Source: an uncultured euryarchaeote (GTDB lineage: Archaea > Thermoplasmatota > Poseidoniia > Poseidoniales > Poseidoniaceae). From it: a DNA stretch of 55,350 bases. Made by a program: the position numbers and the translations under genes. The stretch lies in NCBI GenBank assembly GCA_937894115.1, contig CALBFP010000230.1, positions 1 to 55,350 of the forward strand, in the 5' to 3' direction. Positions 10,801 through 18,054 of the stretch are shown here, piece after piece (the stretch's first letter is position 1; every line of letters starts with the position of its first letter). The notes below the pieces were generated by a model. The model saw nothing but the letters and a program-made list of their open reading frames with translations, did no database searches and was not told the origin of the DNA.

Positions 10801-13800
10801 GATTTGATTGTCACAGGAAACTGGTTCAACAGTTCATCTGCTGAAGAAGGATTCTCTGCATTCGCTGGTAACAACAAGCGATTCACAGTTTCGGACAACC
10901 ACTTTGACGGACCACAAACTGCGATTCAGATGTACGGCATCCAGGATTACACCATTGACAACAACGAAATCATCGGTACTGCGGAAGCAGGCGAGGCTGG
11001 TATCGAAACCGACGCTGGATACGGTGTCATCTCCAACAACTCACTGTTGGACGCTGATGGCGGTATCTACATGGAAGACGCTACAAGCCCACCAGCACCA
11101 TCCACAAGTTTGTGTACGATTGCATCAAATGCATACAGTTCTCAAGCATCCTGTACGTTTACAATACCGTCGGGTGTTACTGCGTACGTTGATCTTCAAT
11201 CGGACAGCTGGGGCGGTGAAATCGGTCTTGAAATCACCAAGCCTGACGGTACGAAAGACACATGGGCTGCAGGATCGTTCAGTTCCAACACCATCTACGC
11301 ACGACTAACCTCTTACTCAACCTCGGGTCAGTACACCCTCAAGGTAACCGACACATGGGGCGATGGTGGAGCAAACATCGCAGTGTACTACGGTACTTCG
11401 ACTGGCGGTTACGACGGTCCATCCGTTGAAAACAACACCATCTCGCTCAGTGCGGGACGTACGGCGCCAAACGCAGTTGGACTTGACTTCAACGATTGTG
11501 ACAAGGTCACCATTCAGAGCAAGGACAACGATGTTCAGGTTGGTGACAACGCAATGGTTCTCAACGGCTGTGGTGTATCCGATGTGGACTCTACCTTCGC
11601 AGGAACAAGCGTTGCCTCGAGCATTGGTATCTCATCGCTGAACGGTGATGACATCACACTCGATGGAACAAGCATTGGTGGATATGCCTACGGTATCTCC
11701 GTCGAATCCGCAACCTTGGTGATGTACGGTGACGCTTCCGTCGCTGGTTCAACTGCAGGTATCTACGCCGACAGTGCAACGGTCACAGCGATCGGTGCAT
11801 CCGTTGACGGTGGAACAAGCGGTACAGGGTTGTACATGGTCGATGGTGACTACTCGTGGATTTACCCACTCGATGCTGCGGGCAACGTTGGTGTCTACGC
11901 TGAGAACACCGAGTTCCGATGGGACGGCGGTATCTCAACGGCAACAACAGCTCTCCATGCTGTCGAGTCGACAGGATCTGTAGAAAACCTGACCTGGTCT
12001 GCTTCAACAACGCAGATTAACGCAGGCTCGAACGCTTACGTGACCAGCATTGGTAACTCGCTCGATGCCTCGAAGATCAGCATTGTATCTTCTGCGACCA
12101 TTGACGAAGCGAACCTCTTCAGCCTTGATGCTACTCACCTCGGTGGCGCAGCATCCGCTGTTGGCATGTCCTTGGTTTCCACAGATGGAACCCGTGCGGC
12201 CTACGTCTCACCATCCTTCCAGCCTGATATCATGGCTGTAGACGGTGACAATTCGGATTGGATTGGTGGTACACCACTGAACCCATCTGACGATGCTATG
12301 CCCGGTTTGATTTCCGGTGACGGAACCAACGACTTCTACGTCACATACAGTGAAGGCGATGCGCTCTACATCGGTATGACCGGAGAAGATCTCACCAACA
12401 ACGACCTCTTGATTTACCTCGATGTCGTTGCTGGTGGAACCAACACAGGTTACAACCTCAACGGTGCTCACACACTCCCTGTACAGGCAGATTACTTGTT
12501 CTGGGCAACCAGTGATTCCAACATGGATCTCTACTCCAGTGGATTCCTCGGTTGGGGTGCTAGCTCCTTGTCCAACGACGCTGTCGACGCTGACCTGGGA
12601 ACAACAACTGCTAATTTCTTTGAAATCGCAATTCCATTCAGCCGAATTGGTGGAACGCCTGATGAAGTGAACATTGTTGCTGTCGTCCAAGACGGTTCAG
12701 CAAACATCCAAACCGTTCACCCAACTCAGACCGTCACTACGGGCGTACAATCGCTTGGAGAGTACATCTCTGTCGAGACCACTCATGACGACTTGGAATC
12801 TGGAAGCATCAGCGACGAAGTACTCGTCTACCGTACCTACAAGGGTACGACCACCGCAGGACCTGCAAAGGACTACGATGTGATGATCAAGACGAAGGCC
12901 GATTGTGCATTCGATTGGGCAACCATTGACGCTGTTTCAATGGCGACCAACCAAGAACTCAGTGTTGACATCAAGCGTGCATGTCCTGAAATTCAGGCAG
13001 CTCTTGCTGATGATGCAATTGACGAAGATCCTACTGAGGCATACGTCATATCCTTGACGAACCTCGCAGACGACGTCCAAGACGATGAGGCCGACCTCAC
13101 CTGGACCGTCACAGAAGGAACTACCGTTGCACACAGCAACGTCTTGGTCAACTGGGACAAGAATGGACACACAGTGACCATCACGCCTCTCGCTGACCAA
13201 TTTGGTACGATTGAGTTCGAATTTGTCGTAACAGACAGCAACGGCTTGACCGATACAAAGAACATGACCTTGACGGTAAACAACGTCAACGACAAGCCAG
13301 ACATCTGCAACATGGATCGAGCTGATTGTATGCCAGTCTTCGTTGATGACGGATCTTACACGAACATCGTTCCTGAAGGATTCGGTAGCGTCTCCAAGTT
13401 CCTTGGTGACATCTCCAACGCAAGCAAGTCGTACATCCGTGACATGGACAACGAGCAGAGCCCTGTTCGACAAGTCTACACATGGGGTGCATCCGTACCA
13501 ACGAACTGTGTTGCATTCGGAGTAAGCGTAACCAACAACGAATTGACGATCACCGAGAACACTTCCAACGAACTTGGTGGTGAGTGTGACGTCACACTCA
13601 CTCTAAGCGACGACGCTGGTACATGTTACAACTCTGACTTTGCTGACACTACAGACGACACCAAGGCTGCTTGTGAGAACTATGTGTATCTCAACAACGC
13701 CAACTGGGGTGGAACCATCTACACCGGTTGTTACAACATGCACACGCATGTGTTCAACCCAACCACATCGCAAGCAGAATGTGAGGCATACAGCTTCACC

Positions 13801-15669
13801 GGTGAGAATGCTGACGCAGATCCGTATGTTGTCTCGTTCTCTGTAAGTCCAGTTAACGATGCTCCAGTCGTCCTCGATTGGGATGTCACATCTGGAGCCG
13901 TTGTAACCGCTGCGAACGGATCAACACCAGTTGCTCCGTGGTCCATCAGCCTCATGGAGGATGATACCAACGTCGAAAACTTGACCTATGACTTGTCTGC
14001 AGTCAAGTACGATGTTGACCATCTCGATGCAGACTTGACTTGGACTGTTGAATCAACCGACCAGTGTACCTACGAGAACTACTTCAGTACTGAAATCGTT
14101 GGAGACAACCTTGTCTTCACACTCGTACCTGATGCAACGACAACCGCTAACGCTTGGGAAATCGACTACTTGAACGACAACGGTATCCACCAAATCGGAC
14201 CAAGTGGTTCCGACTTCTGTCAGATCCGCCTTGTCCTCAAGGATACTGCAACAGCACCAAGTTATGTTCCAAACTACGACCCATCGGTTATGCCGATTGC
14301 AAGTTACCAACAAGGTGTTGCAACCCAAGAAATCGGTGTTCGTGTTGAGAACGTGCGTGAACTCGTTGCGGACTACTCGCTCGATGAAACCACAGGATTT
14401 GACTTCCAAGGCATTACCGACGTCTTGACGGGCACCTATGTGCCGGTCGAGGTTGACGTCAGTGCTGGCGGCGATCAAGGACCGTACACCTACGACCACA
14501 TGTTGGCTGTAACCTTCCACACCAGTGGAGGTCACGGTGAAGCAGAGAACGTCATGTACGTCACACCTCCAGAATGGGGCGAGACCATGACCATCAAGGA
14601 ATACGTGTACATCGTTGACGATGGACAATCCACACCATACATCTGGGTTGAGATGGACGTTCTCACCTGTTTGGATGCAGAGTGTGACCTTTCGAAGTCT
14701 CCTGCACAACGGTTCCAGACCGATGATCCATCATCCCACATCAACTATGGTGGCGGCGTTGTTGGTGACCAATGGTCCAAGCCTGGTGCATACGGTGACG
14801 ATGGAATGAAGGAATCTCAGCGCCGACCGCTTCTCCAAGACAGCAACTGGTGCAACAACGTCATGTTCTCCGATGCATCTGCAATCGGTAGTGAGGCAGG
14901 AATACCAACCACCTGTAACCATGCGAACAAGCCAGCTGAGGACTTCCTCAGCAGTGGAGACAAACTCCCATCGGTTGTTCAACTCGGTGGTGGCATTGGA
15001 TCTGTTCCATCGTTCGCACCAAGTCTCGTCGTCGTAGCCCTTGCTGGCTTCTTCGTAACTGCACTTGCCATGGCAAGCCGCCGTGAAGATGAAGAGGAAG
15101 AGAATGAAGATACACGACGCATTGTCGAGGACGAAATGGCTGTTAGCCCGGTTATCGCAACCATCCTCATGGTTGCAATTACCGTCGTTCTCTCCGGTGT
15201 AATCTATGTCTGGGCTTCTTCTCTTGCTGAGACAGGTAAGTTGGGTGTTCCTCGTGTGACGTTCGATATCGAGAACGAAAAACTTGGAACTGTAGACGGA
15301 TACTGGGCCATAACGGTCGATCAAACAGAAGCTGAGTTGGCTACAGGTGCCGTCACAGTAACGGTGCTTTACAGCAACTCAGACGGTGTTCGAACATCCT
15401 ACGAAACACTCCTCTCAAACACGAGTGGTGTTTATGGATTCAATCCTTCGAACAGCGATGCGTTTGTGACCTTCGTCGATAAGGTTGAAGACGATGGTAC
15501 CTTCAAGGAGTCTACCTTTGGTATCGGAGATCAAATCTTCGTCAAGACTCATGCTCCTGACGGAAAGGCATTGGACGATGCTACCATTCGTATCACGTAC
15601 CAACCAGGACCAGGAGAAGGTTCGGTCATCAAGACCTACTTGGATCTCGAGTACAACAAGGTCGTCTGA
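1846..15669 (+). CDS. Giant (4607 aa) multidomain cell-surface protein with C-terminal archaeal type IV pilin domain
   Basis: Basic then hydrophobic N-terminal signal (KNKKTKTAMGGIGIAVLLCALMAF). Beta-helix-like repeats (TIEPGTVI, GNEFND, DNNEI). DOMON/CBM9-like segment (VDGDNSDW...FEIAIPFSRIG). Cadherin-like NVNDKP/PVNDAP repeats. TM at ~15020-15075, then AVSPVIATILMVAITVVLSGVIYVW prepilin motif at 15139. True start may be 1852. Confidence 0.9.
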   Translation: MTMLGNKNKKTKTAMGGIGIAVLLCALMAFMPMTSLVDNTATDTVSNAEIVSEVDDFFKLPATIEQTTYEYDAAQEHLGMRQLNTKGFYTEDGRIAQLTSDEPMHYLADSGAFEDINLNIMATPEGWEVTENIFTTTFGAELATGVSIQANQFVDPIVTGLNPMLVTIDETGTSPMPYHAAPAMGDVEVGGNVIRYPLADGFAIDYAVDTSQVKQNLLIQERPELDVSAAYFGMTETLRLPMGYGLFLDGVPLGEEITTTQGELEIRNMESGELLATIPEPVVLEEASTEPYIGTYFIQVFGPMVLLTTAVDSDWLLSEDRAYPLALDPTIKLTSGNRGYCYVYYGYCYNSTYAYLYRYYGSYYYLPWHKYTFSSSSALPSGATVEEVNWKQYVNYGYGSSSSTSITARVLEACGTDTRYNYGVTSASCSGSIAANLLSGSNTNANERKLISSIGNSAAAGTYSQGTGWKTAEICDNNNAAGTACSSSTGSHNYILNAQSNSGVVGMGADMTSSIYIYTRSYNSGGSNSYLEVIYSGGSDTDAPTSSHVPYTGLTSYVEGERTFFTELTDLSGIDTTSTNGVKMFYSINNGTWTSTSATTVQSCGSTATDCRFKATTPDLSAGDYVEYYWKFQDLNSGSNGANVGYDPVPPASATNPSTWVQSNAHWFFVDDVTNAGTAKKFTVLQTDVHSGSYFSPQGFHDRQMTYYDHSDEYLFEWDVSNCGTGSYSCFYSSSYYFYSQWKMSWTTSPSSGYNGFGGTREGMMEMHQGDGGFLAISAKNGPQMNLIFHYDSSGNEWGMVGIGDSTPEIETGKLAGGTGASSVSTYGYTAAYNIPMSGLDITGTFGKFDWNGTYSTSKANWLCAGTNGFYYFYRSTSSNARCSSGYYYAYSTSYRWSGFALSAGYYGRMASSGTTTYKVGNVAPTPDNSAPTMDHGVMRDSHSKTRTFSYTIADAGDPPSGLNVNQTIGEGPTLYYSVNNGTENSVLLNPVGKQRSECVDAECQWSAEITTFERGDYITYRAQSVDTSTASGGTNTQSTSSNSFEVGDPNMMLIVEWRDMGYNTQYLCDYQVIFYDVTNEIEFKYDTSCNAYYDYATVGYMDHTRTKGDTMRNPGGGYMAGNNPHTANFRISTDGNDHGYETFSAGMKSVTNAAEVISGSSNGRPTGYYCSYSYYWNQFKTGCNANIDLPSGFTFDYFQKSFDGDDSNDRLRIGRLGYLYMIDSGSTALERGITTWGSNMPALPYSSNSAARAGTIAPWWSYYSSYYCYDNTNTDCGVYVRAMPFEGKGTDVDSDLDCSGNNIECIWDNEGSPYRISPSGDFLSVSGGDLTIEPGTVIQVEQGKGISVDGTCDSVKASGNSTHHILFEGQNGAEWKGLSFTDDCATTGGTDDRHVFSYVDFKNTSTAAISAGSRHGDYNAYCADNSGGTRPCYSNNNVGNFTLSHVTFTNVETAIRHGSGQGTGFTMNEFSISGADKACINLPSSSDAMITEGTMTNCNTDGESWGGAIVNYPGSTGGMLHVENVTIENAYVNLIDTDLQHVTISNVTATITSGSQQTGTVLSSDYGVASEVKLNNFVADDYSSASINALGHINMTDVDWGSADLTIAPGGSSSTANGPSGDHAIMDDVTAGNMLIYRMQPSIFADVTAGHIDFSGNAITTDAMVVTNLDSGRFGVAGCGWIIDATTVDADRLYSSCSSSAAPNTMIFDDGTLTHTSSTDHAVYARNSKMTLGNFGITSSNAGGGTVYLAYGSSNADIRLIEVDQNGNDCADSNGDTGDCDVYTSSSAVVYYGGLAELRAYRLEAVNGVVTEVDKSGHVVSASVVNGAGSELFEVGSHITDSNGEADVWVITGDSNGNTYSDHNLRAFGPAGQNETTTSDAWYPSGGFTIGDSFALLLEPAPVDFNGTNMDCAWLAAWTDADTGAGLPTSGTTASGHTIYEFDGTPMTLTEDLNLNGCVIKLMGAVLKVKSTATNTPVLTLSNGGKLVVGTSSVATGALQAVSSTYPLHIDIQDGTLEIDGGIVRDVAQDATTGAALYVGDGATLVMKNSGTVYGSSATSDTMATVMINGGSADIDSSSIINVGNTGTALWVEQASGSFSNVAVQNAAVGIQSYNGAPQIDGFTSTDNTVGVDVYGGMSLPTIYRSTSLSGKSTGWHTYAIDLSAFLGSGDYLQVGANTIYGGGNAHPTYNYASSKYYMMTDRWNIEVTYDDGSGEVSENITTPDKKGYYPWGTSDPKSGNGADTYAGGEGGVASWHCNQYGYSYGPGYTGSFDGYMYYMWRFWPQGPQQFVSYPGYYYYPDQFGFRWSEIDSDTSPSYGSYPYMYWGLYYNSYHGGQSVYKPPEGYVGYGGYYNVCAARAYSYWMNAGEGARMTFPIVDISDSDISKVTMYVDVLHNRADNFQDRMDLVARVGNDPSDLGDYARDSGTASFQNGDITGAETGIMVGGNFASGNFDGIDITSPTDSGIEIVGATAAAMNDIEVTGGDYGMLVSSSGSGQMDLTNMDFDGQNNAGIYYVKDFGGELSGTITNSAGAAYKYGSLTAKDASFDSVVVSGNNVGIETAGSGDLTISDSTFANTVDDIKITGTSEIDFIEGTIDTNKVTVTGNGGFERIREVTMSLQADSNPVTDTNVVLMNADKKITGTGTTDSNGDAEGIQFRTMRIDSSGPTTDDLAGYQAATVAMIDYTSTKGDFRYAFETLSLNDAGGNTGSIDLTDRINARVCYSFNSASYEMVSNCASYLSTGGSRDLSDGNGGTYKEYGYYAATPEDMSGKTIMMDVPFMYFDDNDEHNWNNTLVLITGSYTFTDTQRWYAQGGSNAPELYLHDSEVYGLATNSNTGQQTGLELGYIYQAMDISIKDSTLNPVATITSGMAYNSNWNNNDYKSEFLYMDNVTVTHYKGYTPLNNAIQTNDICVRMTGSDGSHIKDSTFNDCGTGIYMTRSPYAYGHQASEYGADNLTIEGNEFNDGGEIADVWVGSNGYVDDLIVTGNWFNSSSAEEGFSAFAGNNKRFTVSDNHFDGPQTAIQMYGIQDYTIDNNEIIGTAEAGEAGIETDAGYGVISNNSLLDADGGIYMEDATSPPAPSTSLCTIASNAYSSQASCTFTIPSGVTAYVDLQSDSWGGEIGLEITKPDGTKDTWAAGSFSSNTIYARLTSYSTSGQYTLKVTDTWGDGGANIAVYYGTSTGGYDGPSVENNTISLSAGRTAPNAVGLDFNDCDKVTIQSKDNDVQVGDNAMVLNGCGVSDVDSTFAGTSVASSIGISSLNGDDITLDGTSIGGYAYGISVESATLVMYGDASVAGSTAGIYADSATVTAIGASVDGGTSGTGLYMVDGDYSWIYPLDAAGNVGVYAENTEFRWDGGISTATTALHAVESTGSVENLTWSASTTQINAGSNAYVTSIGNSLDASKISIVSSATIDEANLFSLDATHLGGAASAVGMSLVSTDGTRAAYVSPSFQPDIMAVDGDNSDWIGGTPLNPSDDAMPGLISGDGTNDFYVTYSEGDALYIGMTGEDLTNNDLLIYLDVVAGGTNTGYNLNGAHTLPVQADYLFWATSDSNMDLYSSGFLGWGASSLSNDAVDADLGTTTANFFEIAIPFSRIGGTPDEVNIVAVVQDGSANIQTVHPTQTVTTGVQSLGEYISVETTHDDLESGSISDEVLVYRTYKGTTTAGPAKDYDVMIKTKADCAFDWATIDAVSMATNQELSVDIKRACPEIQAALADDAIDEDPTEAYVISLTNLADDVQDDEADLTWTVTEGTTVAHSNVLVNWDKNGHTVTITPLADQFGTIEFEFVVTDSNGLTDTKNMTLTVNNVNDKPDICNMDRADCMPVFVDDGSYTNIVPEGFGSVSKFLGDISNASKSYIRDMDNEQSPVRQVYTWGASVPTNCVAFGVSVTNNELTITENTSNELGGECDVTLTLSDDAGTCYNSDFADTTDDTKAACENYVYLNNANWGGTIYTGCYNMHTHVFNPTTSQAECEAYSFTGENADADPYVVSFSVSPVNDAPVVLDWDVTSGAVVTAANGSTPVAPWSISLMEDDTNVENLTYDLSAVKYDVDHLDADLTWTVESTDQCTYENYFSTEIVGDNLVFTLVPDATTTANAWEIDYLNDNGIHQIGPSGSDFCQIRLVLKDTATAPSYVPNYDPSVMPIASYQQGVATQEIGVRVENVRELVADYSLDETTGFDFQGITDVLTGTYVPVEVDVSAGGDQGPYTYDHMLAVTFHTSGGHGEAENVMYVTPPEWGETMTIKEYVYIVDDGQSTPYIWVEMDVLTCLDAECDLSKSPAQRFQTDDPSSHINYGGGVVGDQWSKPGAYGDDGMKESQRRPLLQDSNWCNNVMFSDASAIGSEAGIPTTCNHANKPAEDFLSSGDKLPSVVQLGGGIGSVPSFAPSLVVVALAGFFVTALAMASRREDEEEENEDTRRIVEDEMAVSPVIATILMVAITVVLSGVIYVWASSLAETGKLGVPRVTFDIENEKLGTVDGYWAITVDQTEAELATGAVTVTVLYSNSDGVRTSYETLLSNTSGVYGFNPSNSDAFVTFVDKVEDDGTFKESTFGIGDQIFVKTHAPDGKALDDATIRITYQPGPGEGSVIKTYLDLEYNKVV

Positions 15670-15697
15670 AACGAGGTAACGATTGAACGACAGTTGA

Positions 15698-15726
15698 TGG
15701 GTCGGTGACCTCGAGTCACCGGCCCA
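15698..15726 (+). terminator. GC-rich stem-loop downstream of the giant gene
   Basis: TGGGTCGGTGAC-CTCGA-GTCACCGGCCCA forms a 12-bp stem with one G-U pair, just after the stop at 15669. Only a weak T-tract follows. Confidence 0.55.
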
Positions 15727-15777
15727 ATCTTCTGGAGCAAAGCGAACGCTTTCAAGCGTTGATGTTCAGCACATGCT

Positions 15778-16458
15778 ATGGCCAAACCATGTCGTTGTGT
15801 TGTTTTTGATTGTGATGGAGTACTCGTAGACTCAGTGAGTTCATGGAAAACATTGCATGATGGATTCGGTACCGACAACAGCCAAAATCTCTCGCAGTTT
15901 ATTGCAGGGAAAATCACTGATGTTGAATTCATGCGTTCAGATATTGCGATGTGGAAAGCGATCCGCGAGCCAATCCATGAGGACGAACTGTTCAGAATGT
16001 ATTCGGGTATTTCTCTCATGGAGGGCGCACGCGAGACCATCAAGGAACTCCAAGATGAAGGCGTTTACGTCGCAATCGTCAGTGCAGGCGTTGATTTGTT
16101 TGTCAGCAGTATAGCCGCCATGCTGAAAGTCGACGATTGGATAGCGAATGGTTTCGAATTTGATGAAGACGGCTTTTTGACCGATAACGGTGTTTGCCGT
16201 CTCCATGCAAGTGGTAAGGGGGATGTCATAACGCGTCTAATGGATATACATGGATTTTCACCAGAGGAGATCGTTTCCGTTGGTGATTCAGAAATGGATT
16301 TATCGATGATGGTTGAGGGTAGCAAATTCATTGGTTTTAATCCAAGTCGCGACTCGTCAATTAAAGCGTTCACAGACGCGAACGTTCCGATTGTAATGGA
16401 GAAAGATTTGTCAAAAATCCTTGATTTCATCAAGCTGCCATCAAGCGAAGGGAATTGA
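15778..16458 (+). CDS. HAD-IB family phosphatase (phosphoserine phosphatase-like)
   Basis: Motif I FDCDGVL, motif II IVSAG, ANGFEFD, motif III K (GKG), motif IV VGDSEMD. Confidence 0.85.
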   Translation: MAKPCRCVVFDCDGVLVDSVSSWKTLHDGFGTDNSQNLSQFIAGKITDVEFMRSDIAMWKAIREPIHEDELFRMYSGISLMEGARETIKELQDEGVYVAIVSAGVDLFVSSIAAMLKVDDWIANGFEFDEDGFLTDNGVCRLHASGKGDVITRLMDIHGFSPEEIVSVGDSEMDLSMMVEGSKFIGFNPSRDSSIKAFTDANVPIVMEKDLSKILDFIKLPSSEGN

Positions 16459-18015
16459 AGTGGTTTCGTGCGATTGAAGATTAACAACGGTTAGCATGCA
16501 TGGTTTTGGTTGAAAACCGAGCATTTTCTGATACGAAGTTTGATCTTGCCACGTTGAAGAACAAATGAGTGTAGTTCCTCTAAAGTCCATACAAGCATGC
16601 CCGTGTACGTGTCCGGTCACAAAGATATCTGGAACCTCTCGTATGACAAGCCCATCCTCAACTTCTGGAGATAACGGCGTTTTACCCCCCCATTGAGGGG
16701 CTAAGTGTCTTCTTCTTAGCATCTGGCGCATTGCCTCAACAGGCTCTGCATACGTTACCGTCCGCAACCCCGCTACGAAATCATCGATGGACTTCCCATG
16801 ATACGAAAGAATTCGGACATCATGTAATGAAAAATCACAAGGATTCCCTACAAATGTCGTTTTGTTGTAATCTTGTTGGATTTCTTTGCCAAAGGTTGGT
16901 TGTGGTTCGGCAGGTCGCACAGCATCATGATTTCCTGGCAACATCACGCACTCAACCCAATCGGGCAACTCCTCAAGCATTTGTGCGAACAGACTGTATT
17001 GTCGATAAAAATCAGGTATTGCGAGTTCTTTGTCCTGACCAGGATATATTCCTACACCATCAACACAATCACCGCTTAGGACCAAGTATTTGATGGTCTT
17101 TGCAAGAGGATCGGCGTGAAACCAGCGTACCATTTTGTGCCATTGGGCTTCAAGAAATGTCTTCGATCCTAAGTGGATGTCTGAAAGAAATGCAGCACTT
17201 ATTCCAGCGTGCGCCGCCTGTTTTTCATGCCTATCTTTCATTGGAAAGAACAGGTCATCAACATAGAAAATGTCCCCCGTCTGTGAGAAGGACCCACTTA
17301 CTCCAAGCACGTCATCTGGCATCAAGCCTGCCTGTACAACCTGTTCGTGCATTCGATCACGATCATCGCCTTGACGAATTGTCAAGAGACAGTTCATTTC
17401 ACCAGTTTCATCTTCCAGAGCGAACAACAGATGTCCGTTTTTTGTGTGCCTAGGTCCGTTGACAAGTCCGATTGCTACGGCTAGGTTTTCATAACCTTGG
17501 TATCGTCTGTACTCCGTATTCAACCTACCAATTTCCTGGGGTTTTCTTGGAAGTCGAGAGTTTTTTACAATCATTTTTCGAATGCTGTTCAAACGGTCGT
17601 TGAAGCATGCCTGAATGTGACTCATCTTCCCCTCTGTCGTACTGTTTCCGGTTATATCATAATGAACAAGAATGTCATTATCAACATCGGTAGCAATTCC
17701 TGAAAAGTCTTTTTCCCTCCAATCTGGAAGATTGTTTCTGTATTGAATTTTAACAGGTTCAGGGTCATGAATTGGTGCGATGGTTCGACCTATTGGCTGA
17801 CTGATGTTTTTTTGTTCATTGTTCGATTTCGATTCTAAAATCATTTGATCGAGGAGTTCGGTTGTCAACATTCCGCGTTGAAAACCAATTTTTGGTCCCT
17901 GTTCAAGAACTTGAATCGGATGTTCTATTGAGAGGAGTTTTTGTTTAACACCGGTTGTAACAAGAATTCCTCGTTTCATCAACTCCTGCGAAATTACACC
18001 CCATTTCGCAGTCAT
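16441..18015 (-). CDS. polB: DNA polymerase D small subunit DP1 (3'-5' proofreading exonuclease)
   Basis: OB-fold region (LEDETG) and calcineurin-like motifs SDIHLGSKTF, GDCVDGVGIYPGQ, PGNHDAVRPAEPQP, YHGKSIDD, RRHLAPQWG, GHVH. Confidence 0.95.
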   Translation of the reverse strand: MTAKWGVISQELMKRGILVTTGVKQKLLSIEHPIQVLEQGPKIGFQRGMLTTELLDQMILESKSNNEQKNISQPIGRTIAPIHDPEPVKIQYRNNLPDWREKDFSGIATDVDNDILVHYDITGNSTTEGKMSHIQACFNDRLNSIRKMIVKNSRLPRKPQEIGRLNTEYRRYQGYENLAVAIGLVNGPRHTKNGHLLFALEDETGEMNCLLTIRQGDDRDRMHEQVVQAGLMPDDVLGVSGSFSQTGDIFYVDDLFFPMKDRHEKQAAHAGISAAFLSDIHLGSKTFLEAQWHKMVRWFHADPLAKTIKYLVLSGDCVDGVGIYPGQDKELAIPDFYRQYSLFAQMLEELPDWVECVMLPGNHDAVRPAEPQPTFGKEIQQDYNKTTFVGNPCDFSLHDVRILSYHGKSIDDFVAGLRTVTYAEPVEAMRQMLRRRHLAPQWGGKTPLSPEVEDGLVIREVPDIFVTGHVHGHACMDFRGTTLICSSTWQDQTSYQKMLGFQPKPCMLTVVNLQSHETTSIPFA

Positions 18016-18054
18016 AATTGTTCATGAGAGACGACCCTCCAAAAGGGTTCATGT

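Noticed and set aside
1999-15603. Many 60-220 aa ORFs antisense to or out of frame within the 4607-aa gene
   Set aside because: These are shadow ORFs expected from biased codon usage in a long coding frame, with no recognisable motifs.
16683-16702. CCCCCCC...GGGG resembling the 33937 palindrome
   Set aside because: Lies within DP1 coding sequence (APQWGGK) and is imperfect.
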